A DNA stretch of 32,000 nucleotides from Breznakia sp. PF5-3 (GTDB taxonomy: Bacteria; Bacillota_I; Bacilli_A; Erysipelotrichales; Erysipelotrichaceae). The stretch covers positions 1 to 32,000 of the forward strand of contig NZ_JAQFIQ010000015.1 in the NCBI RefSeq assembly GCF_029504745.1, read 5' to 3'. Shown one piece after another: positions 16,511 to 25,351 of the stretch; position 1 is the first letter of the stretch; every line of letters begins with the position of its first letter. Position numbers and translations under genes: made by a program. The notes beneath the pieces were generated by a model, which worked only from the letters and a program-made list of their open reading frames with translations, did not search any database and was not told the DNA's origin.

Positions 16511-18589
16511 ATGAGAAGAACAAGAATATTTGAGGCTTATTTAGATGATTTTAACCTTATACGCATTTATCGTAAGAAGGATACGTATGCAGAAGATAAA
16601 GCTTTCTTTTATATGGAAGATTGTGATAATAAAATGTATTCTATTCATGTTTTAAAAACATATGAACAGAATGAATATTGTTGTTTTGAGTGTTTCTTTA
16701 ATGGTGATATACAATTTGGGAAACAATACGAAATTATAAATGAGCATGGAAGAAAAACATCATTAATATTTGCTGATATTGTAAAAAGTGAGCGCTTTGA
16801 TCAAATGTTTTATTATAAAGGTAGTGATTTAGGATGTACATACATGGGAGAGCAGAGTGTTTTTAAAGTATGGGCACCAACCGCATATGATATGTACTTA
16901 GAAGTATATGATCACGGCGTTCAAATATTTCCTATGGAGCGTAGTGAGAATGGTGTTTATACGATTTGTGTTAAACAAGATTTAAAAAATAAAAAGTATC
17001 TATATTTGGTAAGTGTAAATGGAGAAATTCATAGAGCACTTGACCCTTATGCTAAAGCAGTGGACATTAATTCGAAACATAGCGTAGTTATAGATGTACC
17101 AAACATAAGGAGAGACTACGATCTTCCGACTTTAAAAACTTATTGTGATGCCATTATATATGAAGCGAGTGTTCGTGATTTTACATTGGGAAAAACATTT
17201 AAAAGTTTTACAGAAGAGAATAATGAAGGAACAGGCTTTTCATATGTTAAGAACTTAGGAATTACGCATATACAATTGCTTCCAACCTTTGATTTTAGTG
17301 GAGTAAATGAAAGTAATCCATCACTTATGTATAATTGGGGATACGATGTAAATCAGTGGATGGCCTTAGAAAATTCTTATAGTAGTAATCTGTTGGAACC
17401 TATACAAGGAATCTTAGATTTGCAAAACCTAGTAAATAAGTGTCACGAAGTAGGGATAAGAGTAAATTTAGATGTTGTTTATAATCATGTGTTTGAACTT
17501 GAAACATCTTGTTTACAACAGTTAGTCCCTTTCTACTATTTTCAACTACATTCTGATCACACATTTTCTAATGCAACAATGTGTGGAAATGATATTGATT
17601 CTAAACGATTGATGTGTCGCAAGTTAATTGTTGATTCTTGCATGTACTTAATAGACACCTTTAATATTGATGGATTACGATTTGATTTAATGGGGATCTT
17701 GGATATTGAAACAATGAATAAGATTGTTGCAGAAGCAAAGCTTAGAAAGTTAGATTTCATGATATATGGAGAAGGGTGGAATATGCCTTCAACTTTACCA
17801 GAAAAGGAAAGAGCAACAATTGATAACAATTGGGAAATGCCACAAGTGGCACACTTCTCAGATGTTTTTAGAGATGTTATAAAAGGGAAGCAGATTGATA
17901 AATATTTGGAATATGGATATGCATTGGGAAATACGGGGATGATTTATCAAGCTATGAATGTATTGAGTGCAAGTGTCGGTGATTTTGGATATCGTAAAGT
18001 GTTTACAACCCCAATGAATGTTATTAATTATGTAGAATGCCATGATAATATGACAAGTTGGGATCAAATCGATGCTGCGATGGATGAAACAGAGGAAGAT
18101 AAGGTAAAACGTCATAAAATGCTATTAGCATTCGTATTGCTAGCACAAGGAATTCCATTTCTACAAAGTGGGCAGGAATTTTTGCGTACAAAATATGGAC
18201 ATAATAATACATATAATTTAGGAGATGATATCAATCACATTGATTATAATCGTAAAGATAAATATATTGATGTTGTCAATTATACAAAAGACTTAATAGC
18301 GATACGTAAACAACATATGTTATTTCGAATGAATGATGTTGATAAGATTTATCATAATATATATTATGAACATATCAGTGAAAGAGTATTATTTTATATT
18401 TTAGAAGGTAAAGACTATAAATTGCAGGTAGTTTTTAATCCAACGCGTGAAAAATACACAAAAGTTTTAGATGAAGAGTGGGAAATTATTTTCTATAATG
18501 GGAAAATAAATGGCAGAATAGTGAAAAAATTTGATATTTTTCCATTAGATGTTATAATTTTAAAGGTTAAAAAGGAGGAGACTGAATGA
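16511..18589 (+). CDS. amyX: Type I pullulanase / glycogen-debranching enzyme, cytoplasmic (AmyX-like, GH13 with CBM48)
   Basis: No signal peptide (MRRTRIFEAYLDDFNLIRIY, resembling the B. subtilis AmyX N-terminus). Pullulanase signature YNWGYDV. GH13 regions DVVYNHV, GLRFDLMG, YGEGW, VECHDN. Confidence 0.85.
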   Translation: MRRTRIFEAYLDDFNLIRIYRKKDTYAEDKAFFYMEDCDNKMYSIHVLKTYEQNEYCCFECFFNGDIQFGKQYEIINEHGRKTSLIFADIVKSERFDQMFYYKGSDLGCTYMGEQSVFKVWAPTAYDMYLEVYDHGVQIFPMERSENGVYTICVKQDLKNKKYLYLVSVNGEIHRALDPYAKAVDINSKHSVVIDVPNIRRDYDLPTLKTYCDAIIYEASVRDFTLGKTFKSFTEENNEGTGFSYVKNLGITHIQLLPTFDFSGVNESNPSLMYNWGYDVNQWMALENSYSSNLLEPIQGILDLQNLVNKCHEVGIRVNLDVVYNHVFELETSCLQQLVPFYYFQLHSDHTFSNATMCGNDIDSKRLMCRKLIVDSCMYLIDTFNIDGLRFDLMGILDIETMNKIVAEAKLRKLDFMIYGEGWNMPSTLPEKERATIDNNWEMPQVAHFSDVFRDVIKGKQIDKYLEYGYALGNTGMIYQAMNVLSASVGDFGYRKVFTTPMNVINYVECHDNMTSWDQIDAAMDETEEDKVKRHKMLLAFVLLAQGIPFLQSGQEFLRTKYGHNNTYNLGDDINHIDYNRKDKYIDVVNYTKDLIAIRKQHMLFRMNDVDKIYHNIYYEHISERVLFYILEGKDYKLQVVFNPTREKYTKVLDEEWEIIFYNGKINGRIVKKFDIFPLDVIILKVKKEETE

Positions 18590-18945
18590 TTCAAAAGAAA
18601 AGTATTGTAACGAGCGTTATTTTAGGAATCGTTACATGTGGAATTTATAATCTATACTGGATGAGTCAAATTACTAACAATGTTGCAGATATTAAACGCG
18701 ATAATAGCTATCGTACAGGTAGTAGTGTAGTGTTATTGACAATCGTAACTTGTGGTATTTATGGGTACTATTGGGTATATGTAACAAGCCGTGATATTTT
18801 CTATCTTGAGCAAGATTATAATATGCGTACAAGTGATAATAGTGTTATCAATGTTATTTTTGCAATTTTCACTATGCAACTTGTACCGTTGGCAATTATG
18901 CAATCATCGATTAATAACTTAAGCGATGAAATTTATTCAGCTTAA
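18586..18945 (+). CDS. Small membrane protein, DUF4234-like (duplicated TCGIY-x2-YW helix motif)
   Basis: ATGA overlap with the pullulanase stop. Two similar hydrophobic units: GIVTCGIYNLYWMSQIT and TIVTCGIYGYYWVYVTS. Confidence 0.6.
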   Translation: MIQKKSIVTSVILGIVTCGIYNLYWMSQITNNVADIKRDNSYRTGSSVVLLTIVTCGIYGYYWVYVTSRDIFYLEQDYNMRTSDNSVINVIFAIFTMQLVPLAIMQSSINNLSDEIYSA

Positions 18946-19318
18946 AAATATTATATTTGGATGTTTGGCTATTGCATTGTTGATATTTGTAGTGGATGTG
19001 TATTGTCCATTAGAAACAATATTTGGAATACCATGTCCAGGCTGTGGAATGAGTACGGCATTGTATTATGTGCTACGCTTAGACTTTGCTACAGCGATTT
19101 ATTTTCATCCAATGGTATTGGTTTGCATTTTATATTTTATGGGTATTGGAATTGTATATTTGAAATATCATACATTTCAAGTAAAGATAGTGAAGATATT
19201 TACCATAATCTTTGTAGGCTTGTTAATCATTACTTATATTTATCGAATGATTAATATATTTCCAGAATATCCAATGCTATATAATGAAGACAGTATATTA
19301 GGGAGAATAATAAAGTAG
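18926..19318 (+). CDS. Small membrane protein, DUF2752-like (CP-x-CG motif)
   Basis: Overlaps the preceding gene by 20 nt. CPLETIFGIPCPGCGMSTALYYVLRLDFATAIYFHP matches my memory of the DUF2752 signature. Three or four TM helices. Weak SD, so the start is tentative. Confidence 0.55.
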   Translation: MKFIQLKNIIFGCLAIALLIFVVDVYCPLETIFGIPCPGCGMSTALYYVLRLDFATAIYFHPMVLVCILYFMGIGIVYLKYHTFQVKIVKIFTIIFVGLLIITYIYRMINIFPEYPMLYNEDSILGRIIK

Positions 19319-19337
19319 AGATGGGGAAACCCATCTC
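19318..19337. terminator. Shared hairpin between convergent genes
   Basis: GAGATGGG-GAAA-CCCATCTC perfect 8-bp stem with a GNRA-type loop. It touches both stop codons (19316-19318 and 19337-19339) and has a T-rich tract on the plus side. Confidence 0.6.
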
Positions 19338-21382
19338 TATTTTATTTCTATTAGTTTTACTTCACCTTTTTTGAAAGGTAAAAATAAAGTATTTTGATTT
19401 TGTACAGGAGGTATTGGATTATCAGCTGTAGAATATATTTCTTTGATACTTTTTATTTGTTGTTTGGTTTTATTTGTTAATACCTCAAGGTTACTAGTAT
19501 ATTCATGTTCGTTATTTAAATCTGTATTTGCAACGATTAATAGAGTTTTATCTTTATTGATTAAATAAGAACCAAGAGCATAAATATCGTCACTTTGAAA
19601 ACTGGCCGCAATATGTCTATTTCTTGTGGAAATCGCAACAAGATATTCCTTACGTATATCTTTTAATATTTTCAACATATTAATTAGTCTTGGATCATAA
19701 TCATTATAAGTAAAATAGAATGGATCAAAAAGAGCAAGCTTATTATAGCGAGGGTCATCCTTAGGGAGATTGTAGCGTTCGCTTTCTTCGCAATCTAGTC
19801 CAAGATTCATCGGTTGTACTTCAAAGAGTTCTTGTCCAGAGTTTATAAAAGCAACGCCGTTAGGTAAGAAAAGGTTTAGTGCGCTGAGCATGATATTTAA
19901 TTCTTTTTTTCCTGTTTTTGCACTTACTCGAGAAGTGTCATGAGATTCGCTTAATGCAAATACAGGACAAGCAAGATTAGGAACACGACGATAAAAGGCT
20001 TGTAGTTTTCCTTGTTGAATACGGCTTTCTTCACTGAAACCATTGCCTAAAATCATATTATATCCTTGCTTCTTCAAAGTTTTCGCATTTGAAATGTCTA
20101 ACTCCTCTGCGATAAAACAAATATCAGAATCTATTTTTTTGGCTTCTTTAATAATTCCATCGACTAAAGCAAGCGGTAGGGCATGCCCCATGTCAATTCT
20201 TACACCATCAAGTCCCAATTCTTTTTGATAGAAAGGAACAATGTTTGTTAGTTTATTCCATAACTCAGTATTTATTTTTAGGCAGGGATGCATACTTGAT
20301 TTAGCACTGTCAAAAAACAAATATGGAGGATGTCCTTCTTCAATATGACACATGGCTAATTCATTGTTATCTAAATACATTCTAGTGTATGTTACATCAC
20401 TCCAAACGGGTTGTGGATCATTGATCCAATCTGAAAATGCAGGAGCGACAATAACTCCAAATTCTTTTTCAATAGCTTCTAATAAGTTTTCATTCGTTGC
20501 TTCGCATTGTTTTACTAAATTTGTATATTTTTCAGAATCACTCGTTTTGGGATCATAACAGAAGTGACTTAAGAATTTTTTGGTACTAGGATCTTGATAT
20601 ACAAGTTCCATATTTTTTTTGTTTGGTGGTACTAGTTGCTTGATATGTTTATAGTAAGGTAACTTGTAATCATCTTTGAATGCAGCATCAATCCAATAAA
20701 ACCAATCAGGATTTTCTTTTATTAACGTTGAATCAATAGCAGCAGTTCTTGGGATGATATCAATGATTACTCGCATATCAAGAATATGGCAAGCTTCAAA
20801 GAATGCTTTTGCTTGTTCTAATAATGTCAATTCATCTAATAGTGGATCATACAATGTATCATCAAGAGTAAAAATGTTTCGAATCGCATAACAAGATCCG
20901 AATTCACCTTTTTTGAATTCTTTACTGTTTTCAAAAAATGGCAGTAGATAAATCGTATCAATCCCCATATCTTTTAGATAGGAAAGAATGAAAATCTGCT
21001 TTAAAAAGGTTCCACTTTCTTTAAATCCGTCATCATTACAAAGTTTTATTTGTCCATCTTGATCATGGTCATAACTACTGCTACTGCGAATCATAGATGA
21101 ATAAACAAAAGCTTGCTTAATCCAATCCCCATTTTTACTTTTTATTTGTTTCAATTGTGATAAAGACTGTAGATAGTCTTTATTTGGTTTATTTTTTATA
21201 ATTGCTTTTAATCCTTCTGCATAAAAAGCATAAGGATTTACATTCATTTGGTTATGTTTAAATTCCTTGTAATCCTCATAATTGAAAAAGTTAAAATTAT
21301 AAGGAAGGATATAATTTTTATCCAGTTTACAATTCACTTTCTTTTTTTCTAAATTTTTAATTGCTTTTTTAATATATTTCAT
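19337..21382 (-). CDS. Atypical GH13 alpha-amylase-family enzyme, probably maltosyltransferase / maltodextrin glycosyltransferase-like; cytoplasmic
   Basis: ATG 21382 (AAGGGG SD) is preferred over the track's 21481. GH13 catalytic regions GLDGVRIDMGHALP, CFIAEELD, LSESHDT. Region I is atypical (RVIIDIIPRTAA rather than D-x-x-x-NH). No signal peptide. Confidence 0.7.
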   Translation of the reverse strand: MKYIKKAIKNLEKKKVNCKLDKNYILPYNFNFFNYEDYKEFKHNQMNVNPYAFYAEGLKAIIKNKPNKDYLQSLSQLKQIKSKNGDWIKQAFVYSSMIRSSSSYDHDQDGQIKLCNDDGFKESGTFLKQIFILSYLKDMGIDTIYLLPFFENSKEFKKGEFGSCYAIRNIFTLDDTLYDPLLDELTLLEQAKAFFEACHILDMRVIIDIIPRTAAIDSTLIKENPDWFYWIDAAFKDDYKLPYYKHIKQLVPPNKKNMELVYQDPSTKKFLSHFCYDPKTSDSEKYTNLVKQCEATNENLLEAIEKEFGVIVAPAFSDWINDPQPVWSDVTYTRMYLDNNELAMCHIEEGHPPYLFFDSAKSSMHPCLKINTELWNKLTNIVPFYQKELGLDGVRIDMGHALPLALVDGIIKEAKKIDSDICFIAEELDISNAKTLKKQGYNMILGNGFSEESRIQQGKLQAFYRRVPNLACPVFALSESHDTSRVSAKTGKKELNIMLSALNLFLPNGVAFINSGQELFEVQPMNLGLDCEESERYNLPKDDPRYNKLALFDPFYFTYNDYDPRLINMLKILKDIRKEYLVAISTRNRHIAASFQSDDIYALGSYLINKDKTLLIVANTDLNNEHEYTSNLEVLTNKTKQQIKSIKEIYSTADNPIPPVQNQNTLFLPFKKGEVKLIEIK

Positions 21383-21435
21383 ACGTTGCCCCTTACTACT
21401 ATTATAGAATATTGTGCGTTTAAAATAAATAAATA

Positions 21436-21444
21436 TGATATAAT
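21436..21444 (+). promoter_or_regulatory. Extended -10 promoter candidate for ung-folC
   Basis: TGATATAAT (TG-N-TATAAT) 22 nt upstream of ATG 21466. Confidence 0.4.
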
Positions 21445-21465
21445 TGCAACGATGAGGTGATGTAC

Positions 21466-22119
21466 ATGGATATCGAGGCAATTGTCCAAGAAGAAAAAGA
21501 AAAAGAATATTTTAAAAAATTGGCAAAATATATAAATAGTCGCTATATTAATTCTACGGTATATCCACCAAAAGAAAAGCTATTTGCCTGTTTAAAAGAG
21601 TGTGATATGAATGATGTGAAAGTGGTTATCTTGGGGCAGGATCCATATCATCAAAAAGGGCAAGCTATGGGCTTATCTTTTTCGGTACCAAAAGGTGTTA
21701 AAGTACCACCAAGCTTAGTGAACATCTACAAAGAATTACAAGATGATTTGGGGGTTGATTTACCTAATCATGGAGATTTAACAAGCTGGACAAAACAAGG
21801 TGTGTTATTAATGAATACGGTATTAAGTGTTGAAGATAGTAATGCTAATTGTCATAAAGGAAAAGGTTGGGAAATTTTCACGGATCGAATTATGCGTGAA
21901 TTAAATGACTATGATAAACCATTGGTGTTTATTTTGTGGGGTAAGCCAGCACAAGAAAAAGCAAGGTTAATAGATAATCCTAAGCATTTATTGTTGAAGA
22001 GTGTACATCCATCGCCGTTGAGTGCTTATCGAGGTTTCTTTGGTAGTAAACCATTTTCTAAAGCAAATACTTTTTTGAAAGCAAACGGAAGAAATGAAAT
22101 AGATTGGAGAATTGTATAG
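21466..22119 (+). CDS. ung: Uracil-DNA glycosylase (family 1)
   Basis: GQDPYH water-activating loop, PPSL, HPSPLSA leucine-intercalation loop. AGGTGA SD before ATG 21466. Confidence 0.92.
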   Translation: MDIEAIVQEEKEKEYFKKLAKYINSRYINSTVYPPKEKLFACLKECDMNDVKVVILGQDPYHQKGQAMGLSFSVPKGVKVPPSLVNIYKELQDDLGVDLPNHGDLTSWTKQGVLLMNTVLSVEDSNANCHKGKGWEIFTDRIMRELNDYDKPLVFILWGKPAQEKARLIDNPKHLLLKSVHPSPLSAYRGFFGSKPFSKANTFLKANGRNEIDWRIV

Positions 22120-23357
22120 TGGTTTTTAAAAATTCATATGAAGTGATTGAAGCGATAGAAGTGAAAAAGCGCAATGGAATTGATTTGAAAAGCTTTAAAG
22201 CTTTTATGGATTCGCTAGACAATCCACAGTGGAAACTGAAATGTATTCATGTTGGTGGTACAAATGGAAAAGGTAGTACTACCAATGTAATGAGAAGTAT
22301 TTTACAAAAAGCAGGGTATAAAGTAGGAACATTTACTTCTCCCTATTTGGAAAGACATCATGATCGTATTCGTATCAACGATGTTTTCATTGAAGATGAA
22401 GTAATTACTCAATATGCTAATGTATATTATGAAGAATGGTTAAAATTTGATTTGAGTATGTTTGAGATTGATATGTTTATAGCAGTGAAATATTTTCTTG
22501 ATCATCAAGTTGATATTGCCATTTTTGAAGTAGGACTTGGTGGAGATCAAGACGCAACCAATATTGTTGATCCTATGGTAAGTGTTATTACGAATATAGG
22601 ATTGGATCACATGGAGTTTTTAGGTAATACATATGCTTCCATTGCTACTGCAAAAGCAGGAATTATTAAAAAAAATAGAGCCTTGGTAACAAGTGAAAAA
22701 AGAGAAGAATGTCTTACTATTTTTAAAAATAAATGCAAAGAAATGAATGTGAAGATGTTGGAATGTGGTGAAATAGAAAATATTATAGTAGATAAAGAAT
22801 TAGCTTTTGACTATAAGGGGTTTCATGTAAAACAAAATACATTGGCAAAGTATCAAGCTTTGAACACAGCATTAGCGATAGAAACGATGCTTTATTTAAG
22901 AAACCATGATTTGGTTGATATAAGTGATGAGGATATTTTAAAGGGTATTTATGATGCAAAATGGAAAGGACGTTTTGAAGTTATTCAAAAACATCCATTG
23001 GTAATTATTGATGGCGCTCACAATGAAGAAGGCATAAAGGCGCTTGTTGACTCATGTCAAAACTATGATAATATAAGAATATTGTTTAGTGCATTAGTAG
23101 ATAAACCTTATGATAAGATGTTAGATGCACTTCTAAGCTTAACAGAGGATGTAACGGTATGTGAATTTCCATTTGTACGAGCAGCAAGTGCAGAAACGAT
23201 TAGCAAAGATCATGATGTGAGAATCATCAAAGATTATAAAGAAGCAATTCATGCTTTGATGGATGAAGCACATACACTATTAATTTGTGGATCTTTATAT
23301 TTTATCTCTGATGTAAGAAACTATTTTTTTGAGAAAGGAGAGTCTACTCTTAAGTAG
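22104..23357 (+). CDS. folC: Bifunctional folylpolyglutamate synthase / dihydrofolate synthase (Mur-ligase fold)
   Basis: P-loop HVGGTNGKGST, FTSPYL, FEVGLGG, ITNIGLDH, IDGAHN. The start is TTG 22104 or GTG 22119. It overlaps or abuts the ung stop. Confidence 0.9.
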   Translation: MENCIVVFKNSYEVIEAIEVKKRNGIDLKSFKAFMDSLDNPQWKLKCIHVGGTNGKGSTTNVMRSILQKAGYKVGTFTSPYLERHHDRIRINDVFIEDEVITQYANVYYEEWLKFDLSMFEIDMFIAVKYFLDHQVDIAIFEVGLGGDQDATNIVDPMVSVITNIGLDHMEFLGNTYASIATAKAGIIKKNRALVTSEKREECLTIFKNKCKEMNVKMLECGEIENIIVDKELAFDYKGFHVKQNTLAKYQALNTALAIETMLYLRNHDLVDISDEDILKGIYDAKWKGRFEVIQKHPLVIIDGAHNEEGIKALVDSCQNYDNIRILFSALVDKPYDKMLDALLSLTEDVTVCEFPFVRAASAETISKDHDVRIIKDYKEAIHALMDEAHTLLICGSLYFISDVRNYFFEKGESTLK

Positions 23358-23446
23358 AAGTCTTAGAATGTACGCATTGTGAAAGAATGCGGAATTTACG
23401 CCTGTGGAGTGTACGCACGTCAGAAGCAGGAATTCTAATACTCATG
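23343..23446 (+). promoter_or_regulatory. Structured leader upstream of the FolT-like gene. Candidate folate (THF)-responsive riboswitch, unverified.
   Basis: Nested helices: TTAGAAT (23363-69)/ATTCTAA (23432-38) enclosing CGCATT (23373-78)/AATGCG (23386-91) and CCTG (23401-04)/CAGG (23427-30). The loop GAGTG (23407-11) can pair with TACTC (23439-43) as a pseudoknot. An AGUAG element lies at the 5' side. The position matches where THF-I (folT motif) riboswitches occur, but I could not match the consensus junction by eye. Confidence 0.35.
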
Positions 23447-23466
23447 TAGTGAGTAGCATTAGTAAA

Positions 23467-24282
23467 ATGAATGCAGGAATTGTTCAAGTAGTTTGTATTG
23501 TTTTTTTAATTGTATTGTTTGGTTTGGTTTTTAAGAGGTACCCTCTTGAAATGACGATTCGAAATCTAGTATTGGCATCGTTATTTGTTTTGATAAGTGT
23601 CATCTTAAATGCTATTTCAATTATGATTCCCTTCTTTGGGGTTCCAAGTGTAAAAATTACATTTGCATTATTACCATTGATGATTTCAGGTGCTGTATTA
23701 TCACCAAGTTGGGCATATTTGGTTGGATTTGTAACAGATTTGGTTGGCTTGTTAATTACACCAACGGGGTTTCCCTTCTTTGGGTTTACTTTAAATCATG
23801 TATTAGTAGCAACTTTGCCAGCAATCTGGTATCAAAGAAGTGTTAAGTTAAAACCAAAAATAATTCAAAGGTTAATAAATATTAGCTTTGTTTCATTAGC
23901 AGTATTAGCTTCGCTTTATATTTTAAGCATTAATCAAGTGTCAATAGAAAAAAAGGTGATTGAAATAACATTGCTCATAAAAATATCCTTGATTACTTTT
24001 ATCTTTTTATTCGTGATTGTGATGTTTATTATTTTGCATTATGTTCGAAAACGCTTAAGTGAAGAAGCGGCAGAAGAATTAGCTAAATGGATGGTGGTTG
24101 CCTTGAGTATGGAATTGTTGATATCGTTGATGTTAACGCCTTTCTGGCTAGATGTCATGTATGGTATTCCTTGGTTTATCTCAACCTTTATTCGGGTGGT
24201 TAAAGCTTGTGTAATGATACCGATAAACATTACTGTTGGATATAGTTTAGTAAAAATAGTCAAAAGGATATCTTTTTCATAA
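23467..24282 (+). CDS. folT: Folate-family ECF transporter S component (FolT-like), longer than usual
   Basis: The core KITFALLPLMISGAVLSPSWAYLVGFVTDLVGLLITPTGFPFFGFTLNHVL matches the FolT pattern (I-S-F-x-x-LPI...G...DL.G.L..P.G..FPGFTL). The start is uncertain: ATG 23467, or ATG 23551 (AAGAGG 12 nt upstream). The track's GTG 23404 lies inside the structured leader. Confidence 0.7.
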   Translation: MNAGIVQVVCIVFLIVLFGLVFKRYPLEMTIRNLVLASLFVLISVILNAISIMIPFFGVPSVKITFALLPLMISGAVLSPSWAYLVGFVTDLVGLLITPTGFPFFGFTLNHVLVATLPAIWYQRSVKLKPKIIQRLINISFVSLAVLASLYILSINQVSIEKKVIEITLLIKISLITFIFLFVIVMFIILHYVRKRLSEEAAEELAKWMVVALSMELLISLMLTPFWLDVMYGIPWFISTFIRVVKACVMIPINITVGYSLVKIVKRISFS

Positions 24283-24297
24283 GATATCCTTTTTTTA
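24262..24297 (+). terminator. Rho-independent terminator of the FolT-like gene
   Basis: AAAAGGATATCTT-TTTCAT-AAGATATCCTTTT hairpin spanning the stop codon, followed by TTTTTT. Confidence 0.8.
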
Positions 24298-24361
24298 ATG
24301 GAAAAATAAGAGTATAATGTAGTCGGTGAGTCAATTATAAAGGAAAAGAGGTAATTTATAA

Positions 24362-25327
24362 ATGTTAACTTGTATGCTTGATAAGATTAAAGGAAAAGAT
24401 GTGAAAATTGTTTTTCCTGAAGGTAATGATGAGCGTGTGTTAGAAGCAGCAATTCGTTTGTATCGGGAAAAGATACTCATTCCAATTTTGTTAGGAAATA
24501 AGATGGAAGTGAAAGTAAAAGCAGAGGAATATGGATTCAATATTGATGGTATTGAAATTATAGATCCTCTAACATATCCAGATTTAGAAAGTATGATTCA
24601 GAAGATGATTGATCTTCGTAAAGGAAAAATGAATGCCCAACAATGTCGTGAAGCTTTGGAAAAAACAAACTACTTCGGGACGATGTATGTGGCAATGGGA
24701 TTAGCTGATGGACTTGTAGGAGGGGCTACATATTCTACAGCGGATACTGTAAGACCAGCATTACAGCTGATTAAAACGAAACCAACATCACATATTGTAT
24801 CAAGTGCTTTTATTTTGGTGCGTGGAGATGAAAAGTATGTAATGAGTGATTGTGCGATTAATATTTCACCAAGTGAAGATGATTTGGTAGAGATTGCAAT
24901 CGAAACTGCAAATACAGCAAGAGTGTTTGGGGTTGAACCAATTATGGGATTACTTTCTTATTCAACGCTAGGTTCTGGTAAGGGAGAAGCAGTTGATAAA
25001 GTGCGTAATGCAACGGAACGTTTAAAACTTATGGATTTGGATTTCAAAGTAGATGGAGAATTTCAATTTGATGCAGCGATTTCGCCTGGTGTCGCGAAAA
25101 CCAAAGCGCCAGATTCAGAAGTTGCAGGAAAATGTAATACGTTTATATTCCCGTCAATTGAAGCTGGGAACATTGGGTATAAAATCGCCCAGCGTTTAGG
25201 TGGGTTTGAAGCATGTGGACCAATTCTACAAGGATTAAATGCGCCTATTAACGATTTAAGTCGTGGTTGTAATGCAGAAGAAATCTATAAGCTAGGAATT
25301 ATTACAGCAGCACAAAAATATATTTAA
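24362..25327 (+). CDS. pta: Phosphate acetyltransferase (short-form Pta)
   Basis: KIVFPEGNDERVLEAA N-terminus, GLADGLVGGATYSTADTVRPALQLIKT, and DCAINISPSEDDLVEIA, all typical of Pta. 321 aa. Confidence 0.92.
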   Translation: MLTCMLDKIKGKDVKIVFPEGNDERVLEAAIRLYREKILIPILLGNKMEVKVKAEEYGFNIDGIEIIDPLTYPDLESMIQKMIDLRKGKMNAQQCREALEKTNYFGTMYVAMGLADGLVGGATYSTADTVRPALQLIKTKPTSHIVSSAFILVRGDEKYVMSDCAINISPSEDDLVEIAIETANTARVFGVEPIMGLLSYSTLGSGKGEAVDKVRNATERLKLMDLDFKVDGEFQFDAAISPGVAKTKAPDSEVAGKCNTFIFPSIEAGNIGYKIAQRLGGFEACGPILQGLNAPINDLSRGCNAEEIYKLGIITAAQKYI

Positions 25328-25351
25328 ATCACTCAATGAGTGATTTTTTTA
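25327..25351 (+). terminator. Rho-independent terminator of pta
   Basis: AATCACTC-AAT-GAGTGATT hairpin followed by TTTTTTT. Confidence 0.7.
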
